Source: Gekko japonicus
Lineage: Eukaryota
Assembly: GCF_001447785.1 (NCBI RefSeq)
Contig: NW_015168048.1
Location: forward strand, 1,289,610-1,353,609
Reading direction: 5' to 3'
Length of the DNA: 64,000 nt
Made by a program: the position numbers and the translations under genes. Within the stretch, counting starts at the first letter, position 1; each line of letters opens with the position of its first letter. The notes under the pieces were generated by a model. It did not search any database. It had not been told where the DNA came from and worked only from the letters and a program-made list of their open reading frames with translations. Positions 1 through 9,571 of this stretch are shown one piece after another.

Positions 1-470
1 GTTTTCCAAATTTGCTGGCAAATTGAGTGCAGCACTTTAACAGCATCATCTTTTAAGACTTTGAATAGCTCAGCTGGGATACCATCACCTCCACTAGCTT
101 TGTTGTTAGTAATGCTTTCTAAGGCCCATTTAACTTCACATTGCAGGGTGTCTGGCTCGAGGTCAATGATTATACCGTCGTGGTTGTCAAGAACATCGAG
201 GTCTTTCTTGTATAGTTCTTCTGTGTATTCTTGCCATCTTTTCCTAATCTCTTCTGCTTCTGTTAGGTCCCTACCAATTTTCTTGAAGAGATCTCTAGTC
301 GTTTCCCATTCTATTGTTTTCCTCTATTACTTTGCATTGTTCATTCAGGAAGGCATCTCTCCTTGCTGTTCTCTGGAAATCTGCATTCAATTGGGTAAAT
401 CTTTCCTTTTCACCTTTGCCTTTCACTTTCCTTCTTTCCTCTGATATTTTTAAAGCCTCATCAGACAGCC
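1..470 (-). mobile_element. BovB (RTE clade) LINE internal fragment, runs off the window start
   Basis: Reverse complement closely matches about 10890-11420 of the intact BovB copy in this window, with one small internal deletion near 276. ORF 61..444 is its antisense shadow. Confidence 0.95.
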
Positions 471-1052
471 CCACCCCCTAAAGGACCCGGCTGCAGCAGC
501 TGAACTCCTCCTGGATGCAAAGTCAGCTCCTAGCAGTACGCCTTTGGCATCTGCTGGGGATCTGGATTTGAAATGGGGGGAAGAATGTAGACAAAAAAAT
601 TCCAGAAAGTAACCTTTAGATTTAGTTAAATCTTAATAGTTAAATCTCAGTCAAATCTTGCCCTGCCCAGGACTACTGTTCAAATCAAAGTCTATAGGAA
701 ACTGGATGGGCAGTCTGAGAGGGAGATGCAATTTTGAGAGGGATATCCTTCTGTATTATTCCTGGTGTCTGTGGAGACTGTATATATATATATTTTAAAT
801 CAACTCATAAATACACACTTCCATGATCTCCAGATTCAGGGATCCCGGAAAAATGCATACACATTTATTATAACATAGAAACAAGGAACTAGAAGGAATC
901 CCCTCAGAACTAGCTCTGTGTGTGCCAAATTTTAAAACAACAACAAAAAATGGGCACGCAAAGGGATAATTTTGAAGGGATTTTTAATTGTTGCATATCT
1001 GTGCTGCAGAATAGCACAAATGAGCTTTATTCTCAAGACTAGGAGCAAATCC

Positions 1053-1729
1053 TGTTGTGGAGAAAGACATCGGGCCCTAGAAAGATGCGACACAGGCACC
1101 CACATTCCCCTGATTTCTCCCCCATTGAGACCCCCTGGAGTCAAGGGGTGAGGGAGAGGCCTGTGACCTGCTTCCTGCCCAGGTGCAGCCGGCAGCCTAC
1201 AGGTGACTTCCAGCAGCCTCCGGGTCGGTGGCATGCTATCCCCCATCCAGTCAGAGCCCGTGCAGCTGCTGGTAGTCGGGTGCAGATTACTGTGGTGGTG
1301 GCAGCTGGATCAGGCTTGGCCTGAGGCCCCCCTGCACTGGAGTGGCCGGCACATCCATCAACCAGTTGGAGCCCGGGCGGCCACCTGTAGCTGGGCTTGG
1401 GTGAGAATGACCGCAGAGGTGCCAGCATCGCCGGCAGCATAATCAGGCTCAGTCCCGTCCCTCCCCTCGTTGGAGCGACCAGCCTGTCTTTCATGCAGTC
1501 ACACACAGCTTGGGCAGCTACCTGCACTCGGGCAACGATGACTGTGGCAGCTGCAGCATGATTGGGCTCAGGCCCCCAGCTGCTGGAGCATCTGGCCCAT
1601 CCATCCACTCCAAGGAGAGTGAGGCCGAGATGCCGGGTGCCGCCTCTGTGGGCAGGACCACGCCAAGGGAGGCAGCAATGCAGCCAGTGGAGACAGACGC
1701 TCTGTGAGTGACACACCAGGGCATCAACC
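1053..1729. mobile_element. GC-rich solo LTR inserted into the L-like EVE
   Basis: Starts TGTTG and ends CAACC (decayed CAACA). Flanked by near-TSD AATCC (1048-1052) / AATTC (1730-1734). Its 3' end resembles that of the LTR at 62624-63340. Removal restores the flanking reading frame. Confidence 0.7.
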
Positions 1730-2024
1730 AATTCGGGAGAGTGTGGAATGTTCTGGAGAGTGCGACCACCAAAAGGCTTTTATATATAAGGAGAGATATT
1801 GTGTATATACAGTTAGGTTATACTCTGAAGAAATTGCAGTATTAGTTGAATACAATTTAACAGGATGTATGGTGTTGTAGCCTTGTGAACCAGAGCAATT
1901 TTCCTTGGAATGATTCAGCGGATATGTTTTGCTCATGCTTTGAGAGTGAGTGATTACAGTTCAGAGTATGCAGGGAATTTCCCCTGGTTATTTCCCCCTA
2001 CCTAATGATCCTGAAGGACTTCTT

Positions 2025-2237
2025 TTTTGCCTTTCTGTTTAATTTATTTTTTTAAAAATGAATTTCTTTTCCAATGTACATAAGTACTCAAAGTGACACA
2101 CAGAAATGAAACTACAAGAATCCAGTGAAACTACAAAGTATTAAGATGCTGAACAGAAAATTAATAATCATCATCATAATAGCTTAAAACACAGAGTCAG
2201 CAATAACTGCAATTATCAGCAATTTTAAAAAAGAAAA
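2025..2237 (-). mobile_element. Short AT-rich retro-insertion (LINE 3' tail-like) inside the EVE
   Basis: Begins with a T-rich tract and is flanked by direct repeat ACTTCTT at 2018-2024 and 2238-2244. Confidence 0.55.
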
Positions 2238-3247
2238 ACTTCTTAAGCTGTTGATGAAGGTGTAATGCCATGACAGATTCCATCAATGTAAACAATGGGC
2301 TGGATCCAAATCACTGCAAGTGGAGCTTCCTTGAATCTGTTCCTGCTGCAGCCATTGCTGAGGACTGGGGATTCTTGAATAATGTGGGCTGGTTTGGATT
2401 TACACAATGGGTATAGAAGAGAGTAAGGAAGTATATATGGGAGCAGGTAACACATAAGCCAGAGCCAGAATGTTAGAGCTCCAGCACCTTTAAATGGGGA
2501 GATCTGCTAGTGCAGACAGTACAGGGCAGCACTGGAGTGATAGGTAATCTCCTAAACAGACTTGGGAGAGTATCTGAACTCTATATAGAACACATCAAAA
2601 TAAGACATTAGTATTACATGGATGACAGTGATCCTGATCTAAAAGAAATGGCTTCCTAGTTGACTAAAAGTGCTTTCAGCCATTACCAACTCCAGGTCTA
2701 CCTGCAAGACACAGTCAAGAATACAACCAGTCAGTGACTTGATACTTTAGAGGGAATGTGGCTCTGCCAAGAACTAGCAGTTTCCCACTATCACGTCCTT
2801 TAATTTGCCAACCACTGTCTAGTTGGGATTCAGCTTCAATTTACTGGTCCTCTTCCAGGCCATAACAGAATCCAGACATCTGATTAAAATCTAGCCACTA
2901 CATCTGAAGTTGATGTAAACACTAAATAGAGTTGGCTAGAATAGGCATGACACTGTACTCCGAAACTTCATGATTTCTCAGCAGCAGCACTACATAATAA
3001 AGAACACAGGGGACAAAGGGAGCCTGGCAGCAGTCTCTCAGTGTTACCTTCAGATATCAGCTAGTCAAATAAGGTCAGAACCACTGGATAACAATGCCTC
3101 CATTGAAGAATTTGATGGTCTGTTGTGTCAAAAGTTGGAGAGAGATGAAATCTCACCTATAGGGCCACACCTTCCCCATTATGCTCCAACAAGGAATTGG
3201 CTGTGAGGGCAACTAATGCTACTTCAACTGATTAAATCCAAGAACCA

Positions 3248-3736
3248 ATGGAACTGCACTGCCATGTCCTGCTCAACCAAAATGCTTCCAAAGTTCTACA
3301 CTTTTCCAAGTTCTTCACAGTTATTTTATTGTATTGTATTTGCTATGGGGCATATATGGCCTCTTCTAATGCTGCTGGCAACTCATCTTTTTCCAGTGAA
3401 GAGCTCATCATAGATGTTATTAACTGCAGCAGTTCCCAAGTGGCTTTCAAAAGTAAAAAAAAAAGCATCAGGATTGAGAGCAAGTGGTTAGATGCAGTTC
3501 TTCAAGAATCTTGTCCACATTTTCAGACTCTTAGTCCTGTAGTATTCAGCAGCACTTCTGTTGGCTTTGCATGGATAGTGTTATCTACATTGAATTGGAC
3601 AAGAATGGTTATTAGCAAAATGTTTAGCCAATTTATTACAGTGGACACACAACATCTGGCAGCAGAGGAAGATGTTATAATCCCTGTAAAACTCAAAGTT
3701 TCACTGGATGATACTTGGCTGCAAAATGGTCAATGA
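3248..3736 (+). pseudogene. Longest open stretch of the EVE: mononegaviral cap-methyltransferase (K-D-K-E) domain remnant
   Basis: 162-aa ORF. MELH..LNQNASK vs YEIH..LNSSACYK; TSVGFAWIVLSTL vs SSVGFIHSDIETL; IIPVKL vs ILVIKL, with about 37 residues between the D and K positions. FSNRL*IVVWL (3770-3802, past the stop) vs YSNFISTESYL. Confidence 0.7.
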
Positions 3737-5219
3737 GATGCCTACGCTGTTATATTGCTAATGCATTCCTTTTCAAATAGACTCTAAATTGTGGTTTGGC
3801 TGAATTTGTCATGATTTTTCAGCCACTTCTGTTCCAACTGTCTCCTTTGAAATCCTGCTGTTGAGCTTTTCAGTAACCAAAAAGAAACCCATACTTTTGC
3901 ATCAGGATCAGACACTTGGAGATGAATACATGGTCATTGATTCCAATAGTCAGGCTAGAAATGAGAATAAAAATAAAAGCTGCTGATGACATATCCACTA
4001 CTGCATTTTGGAAGCCTCTCTTTTTGGATCATCCTCTCTTTTGTATGGATACCTTAATGTGATGAAGGGCTTTGGGTGTGTCAGTGAAGCTGAGAGGAAT
4101 ACCATCAGGAGTTTAGACTCTGTCAAGAGAGTTGACAGTCCATGGTGATGGGGCAAAGGAATCCTTGAAGAGTATCTACTGGGCAGCAACAGTAGTGGAA
4201 GGTCAGGGTAAGTAAAATGGAGTCCCCAAGCTCAAAATATACATGAGAATTGCTATTTCAGGTTATTACAGTGGTTTCTCAGAATGGTTTTAGGAACCCA
4301 AGATTCTTAGTGTAACGAAATTACCCTTCTCCCCCCAAATTCCATGTTGTTTATGAGTTTGGGTACTTATCAAGCCAGCAGCAGCATGCACATTTGATCT
4401 CCATGCTGGTCTTTGATTATGCTTGTTTTTTTGGGCAATAGCATCCTTCCTTCTAATCGAATCCTGGCAAGTGAGGAGCACAGCCTAGTACTCCCAACCA
4501 ATTGCCTTTGCAGACAAGCTTCAGAGAGGGAATGCAGTACATACACTGTAGTTCTCTGAATTCACTGGTTTCCTGAGCAATGTCATCCTCTTCCAATCAG
4601 ATCCTGGCAAGGGAGGAGCGCAGAGGACTTCCATAGCAGTCTGTAGAGAGGTGACTTGCACGGAAACTCACCTACTCTGTGGTTCAGTAAAAGACAGCCC
4701 CTTTCCTGCATGTGATTGCAATTATTTTTTGGGGGGGGCCTCTGTGTTCCATGCAATTTTGCCACCATTATCTTTAGTGACTGCTGCCCCAAACTCTTGA
4801 ATTGGCTGTCCATTGAAAAGAAAGGTGTCTCCAGTGTGTGTGTGTGTGTGTGTGTGTGCGCATGCACACCACGGTCCTGAAAATCCAGAACCCCCAAACA
4901 GCACAAGATTTCTAACCTGAACAAGTAATGCCCTACCCAAAATGAAATAATCATGGACCCCCCCCCCGAATCCAACACAGTAATAATTTTTTTTCACACC
5001 ACTGGTGGAAGATAACACTGGTGGAGTATCTTTCATAGACAGTGGCAGTGACAGTTCAGCTAACTCTGGTTAGCACTGTGCAGAAAGCAGTAATGCATTA
5101 AACCACTACTTGAAGAAGTGGTACTGGAAGACAGTGGTACTGGAGGACAGGAAGAAGTGGTACTGGAAGACAGGATTCCCAGGTCAGAAGGCCCTCAATT
5201 ATCTACTGGGGAAGAGCAG

Positions 5220-5422
5220 TCTTCTTTCCCTTCCTCTCCCCACAACAGACACTCTGTGAGGTAGGTGGGGCTGAGAGAGCTCTGAGAGAACTGCTCTTGA
5301 GAGAACAGCTCTGAGAGAACTGTAACTGACCCAAGGTCACCCAGCTGGCTTCATGTGGAGGAGTGGGGAATCAAATCCAGTTCTCTAGATTAGAGTCCAC
5401 CGCTCTTAACCACTACACCAAA
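5220..5422 (-). mobile_element. tRNA-derived SINE (Squam3-like)
   Basis: Minus-strand head TTTGGTGTAGTGGTTAAG with box B-like GATTTGATTCC. Body matches the copies at 6271, 37045, 39117, 40023 and 61997. Confidence 0.85.
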
Positions 5423-6270
5423 TAGTGTTGCTCTAATAGTGGAGTGAGATGTACATAACCATAATTCAAGTTGACTCCCAAATTACAGATGCTGAAGTGG
5501 AAGAAATTGAAAACTTTTATGCAACTGTCTAAGAAGAAACTGATCATACACCTAAACAAGATGAGCTGAAAATCATAGATGACTGGAACACAAGAGTAGG
5601 AAACAAAGCAGAATTACATAATGTTAGAAAATTTGGACTTGGATTACAAATGTTGCAGGGCAGCTACACATTGATTTTAGTGAAGCCAACCATTAGTTCA
5701 TTGCAAACATTTGCTTCAGGCAACCAAAAAGAAGTAATCATATGGTAATATGGAAATCAAACAAAGGAGTTCCATTTGGGTGAGAGGAAGCAGGATATAA
5801 ATAAAAAAAGCAGGAGCAGAAGATGGAAAAGCTCTATCCTCTCTGCTAAAAGAAGAACAGGAGGTGATTGTGGTACAGACCATCAAATTGTTAATATAAA
5901 AATTAGGGTCAGATTAGAAGATTTGTTAGGTGTGAATTGGTTCGGGGGAACCCTCGTTTATTGTGTTACTAGCACTGATATTCAAAATGGTGTATGTATG
6001 TGAGGGGGATGGGCTCGCCAGCATGTGGGTGGCAGCAGCAGAGGCTTTGACATCCCCTCCCTTCCACTCAGTGTGCTTTTGCAGACAGAAAAGGGCCATG
6101 GAGGGCTGGCTATTTGTCTTACTGTTCATGTGAGACAAACAGTCAGCCTCCACTGATCTATGCATGTGTTCAGGATGGACCCATTACCCCTCCCTCCATT
6201 TTGAAGGTCAGTGCTAGTCACATGTTAAACACAAGTTGGGTTGGGGTTTTCCCTAACCCACCTCATGTTT

Positions 6271-6556
6271 AGTGGTGTAGTGGTTAAGTGCACAGACTCT
6301 AATCTGGGAGAACCGGGTTTGATTCCCCACTCCTCCACTTGCACCTGGCTGGATGACCTTGGGCAAGCCCTAGTTCTGATAAGAGCTGTTCTTGAAAACA
6401 TAGCAGTTTCTGTCAGAGCTCTCTCAGACCCACCTACCTCACAGGGTGTCTGTTGTGGGGAGGGGAAGGGAAAGGAGTTTGTAAGCTGCTCTGAGACAAC
6501 TTTGGGTAGTGAAGGGCGGGGTATAAATCCAATCTCTTCTCTCTTCTTCTTCTTTT
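6271..6556 (+). mobile_element. tRNA-derived SINE (Squam3-like)
   Basis: Box A TGGTGTAGTGG, box B GGTTTGATTCC, (CTT)n tail. Confidence 0.9.
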
Positions 6557-8657
6557 AATCAGACTCTCAGAATAAAGTTAAAGAAAAATACCCCTAAAAC
6601 AATAAAAGTGCCAAAATATAATCTAAATAACATTCCTCAAGGGTTTAAAGTCAATTTAAAGAACAGATTTGTAGTACTATGTTTAACTGAAGTGAACTGG
6701 AAGAACTGTGGGTTGAAACCAGAGATATTATCAAGGCAGAATGTGCAAAGACTATTCCTGTAGTCAAAAGAAATGAAAAGCCTTGATGGATGACTGATGA
6801 AACTCTTAAAATTGCTAAAGATAGATGGAAAAGTAAAAGGTGACAGAAATGGAATCAGAAGTCTAACTGTAGGTTTTCAGCAACTTGTAAGTAGAGACAA
6901 TGAGAACTATTATAATAACCAGTAGAAAGAAATAGAAGAGAACAATAAAAAAGAAAGAACAAGAGATCTGTTTCACAAGATCCAAGAGATCAAAGGGAAA
7001 TCCAAACCATGACTAGGGATGCTAAAATATCAACACAGAAATACATCATCTGATCAGGACAAAATAAAGAAAAATGGAAACAATACACTGAAGAACTATA
7101 TAGAAGAGGTGAAAGGATGACAGATTCCTTCAATAAATAATCTTTTGATGAAAAACCTGCAATTTTAGAAAGTGAATTGAAAGCTGCATTGAAAATAATT
7201 GGGAGAAATAAATCACCAGGAAGAAATATCAACAGGGCAATTATAGAAACTGAATCTCAAAATGTTAATAAGAATATGCCAACCAATATGGAAAACAAAA
7301 CACTGGCCCAAATGTTCGACCTACATTCCAGTTCCACAAAATAAATGAATTAATAAAGAGATATCAAGGACCGCAGCAGCTATTGGGCCATCATATTAAT
7401 TTCCCATGCAAGCGAAGTGATGCCAGATATTCAAGCTGGATTCAGAAAAGAAAAAGGCACCAGAGATCATATTCAAATTTACATTGGTTCCTGGAGCATA
7501 CCAGAGAATTTCAGAAGAAGATAAGTTTGTGTTTTGTAGATTACAGCACAGCTTTAACTAGTCATGAACCAAAAGCAACCAAGAAATCAGAAGGAGACTG
7601 AGACTTGGAAAGGCAGCTGTGAAGGGACTAGATAAGGTCTTTAAGGGTAAGGAAGTTTTGCTGGAGATCAAGATCAAAATAATTCATACTATGGTATTTC
7701 CCATTACTATATATGGATCTGAAAGTTGGACAATGAAGAAAGCTGACAGGAAGAAAATTATTTAGTTGCTGTAGATTTTCTGGGATGTGTGGCCGTGGTC
7801 TTGGCATTGCAAACACGGGGTCATCAAAGGTAAACAGTGTAAATTGGTCTACTGCACCTGCAAAGGCTTCCACAATATGTGCCTTGACTAGGTAATGGTT
7901 TATCCCAGTCAGTGACAAAATACATACATTCCTAAATGTGAGACGTCATCCATATGTCAGTGTAGAACAGCAGGCTGAGATTGTGCCCTGCTGTATGTGA
8001 CCAGCTGGGAGAAACTCTTCAGTTGCTATCTGAATTATAAAGTACTGAGAAGTCATACCTGAAAAGGCAAATTTCTCATGGATTCTGAAGTCTCACACAA
8101 TCAGTAGAATATAGTTGGCACTGTTACACATAACAAATGATGATGAATCCAAGCACTACCTCTGAGACTATCCTTGAGCTCAAGCAGGGAGTCCATTGAA
8201 CACCAAAATGGTCAGCACACAAATAGATTATCCAGTTTTTCCCTGGCCTTGCAATTTGGAATACACATTTACAGATGTTCAGTACTTTAATCAGGAATAT
8301 AACACCAGGGATAGACCCCTTATTTTTAATGTTGAACCCCCAACTCCTTGCCGAATAGGAGCAACACTGAGGACGCAGCTAGAGTCAGCTGGGTGAGAGC
8401 AGATTTTTCTGCTTCATTCGACCAGATCTTAGTAATTCAGGCTAGTATGGGGTCCTAATTTATGAGCAAGTTGTGGATGAAGGAGGTTTTATTTGCCGCT
8501 GACCAGGCATTTATAACTACCAACCACACAGGAGAGGGGAAACTGCTGTCCTTAGAGTGGTGAAATGTAGCAGTAGCCTGGGTATTTAAATGTGTCCTAG
8601 AACACACTAGGTACAGGACAGGTCAGCTGAACTGGAGCACAAGTGAGATGAGACATA

Positions 8658-8986
8658 GGCCCAATCTGCATCTAGCATTTGCTCCACTGTCTTACCAAAC
8701 CCACACTGGAACAGGAAAAGATGCGGCTCAAAACCACATTCAAATATCCCAGGCCAATGCCATACAGACTGCAGAGTCACCCCTGAATGGCCATAAAACG
8801 GCCATAAATCTATGCAGACAGCCACCATAAAACCAGAGATCAAATGATATGAAAGCGGCATGCAATCTGGATGCTGCCATAAAATTCAACAATCAAAGTG
8901 AAAGTGGCATGCAATGCAGATGGGAATTTCTGTTCCAGTGTGGGTTTGGTAAGACAGTGGAGCAAATGCTAGATGCAGATTCAGCC
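8658..8986. mobile_element. MITE (PIF/Harbinger-like) with long terminal inverted repeats
   Basis: GGC...GCC termini, ATA on both flanks, perfect 52-bp inverted repeat 8663-8714 / 8930-8981. Confidence 0.75.
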
Positions 8987-9571
8987 ATAGGCAGAACTGG
9001 CACAGCGTGGTCAGAGTCCAGCTCCCAGGTCAAACACAGAGTAAGCCATCTGGCAGCAAGAACAGGTTTGGGGGGCAAATCCAGAAATCAGAGTCCAAAC
9101 ATGATCCAAAGTCACGAGGCAAAGTCAGTGGTGGCAAGCTCAGGAGTAAGATGATGTAAGAGAAACTCGGGAAGTTTCTCCCTTTCTCCACCCTTTATAA
9201 GAGAGATGCTCGTCTTGCAGCTGGATTGCATCATGCAAGTGTGTACGCACCCATCCTCGCTATCTGGATCCAGGCAGCTCTGGGCTGCTAATCACACACT
9301 CTGCCTTCTTTCCAGCTTCTCATGTCAAACCCTCCTCCTTCTACATTCCAGTGGTTCAGGGGAGGGGAGGTGGATAGTGAGATGCTTCCTGATTCTGAGC
9401 CAGGGGCTGAACAGCTGGGATGCTGCTATCAGGCTCCAAATCATTATTTGGCAGGACAGAAGTAGCTTTCTGTAGTAGGCTGTCTGTAACTGGCTGTGAG
9501 CTGGGACCTCCTTCACGTGACCATTCCTCTTTTTAATTTTTATTTTATTGGATTTGTATCACATCCTTCCC

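Larger units (their letters stand above)
480..4293 (+). pseudogene. L: Degraded endogenous paramyxovirus-like L (RNA polymerase) gene, C-terminal half: PRNTase, connector, MTase, CTD
   Basis: Collinear motif series (this window vs recalled measles/NDV L): GDLDLKWGE 556-582 vs GDDDSSWNE; SQSNLA..QIK ~645-690 vs STNLAHRL..QVK; *IHTS/(N)DLQ ~808-833 vs YIHISND; HTHLL* 856-873 vs DTNFIY; NCCI 986-997 vs DCCV; FIY..RLY..LVEY 1779-1853 vs LIY..RLY..LVEF; SEY..PWLF 1961-1993 vs TEF..PRLF; WGDLL..STGVIGNLLNRL 2495-2563 vs MGELL..SKGVFKVLVNAL; Q*LDTLEGMWLC ~2732-2767 vs DRFDNIQAKHLC; MTase 3248-3802; PIV..FWKPLFL ~3940-4027 vs PVL..FWGHILL; LKSIYW and ISGY..stop 4165-4293 vs LKREW..VGYS. Many stops and frameshifts. 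Manual alignment only. Confidence 0.78.
5170..7762 (+). mobile_element. Old, degenerate RTE/BovB-like LINE interrupted by SINEs and another insertion
   Basis: Discontinuous similarity to the intact BovB: 5' part (ccaggtcagaagg..ctactggggaagagcag), EN region (SRRWKSSI, DCGTDHQ), linker, RT start (CFVDYS) and C-terminal atggtatttcccatt..gaaagttggac. Many stops. Confidence 0.85.

Noticed and set aside
932-1772. Cluster of overlapping 65-196 aa ORFs
   Set aside because: They lie in a GC-rich solo LTR, show no protein motifs, and are expected from low stop frequency.
2270-4293. Alternative identities for the decayed coding region: bornavirus L, rhabdovirus or pneumovirus MTase registers, cellular CMTR2 pseudogene
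   Set aside because: Each gave only isolated short matches (EEFDxLL, HLK, CIVF, NTGD, SEELI) with inconsistent spacing. Only the paramyxovirus-type register stayed collinear over the whole region.
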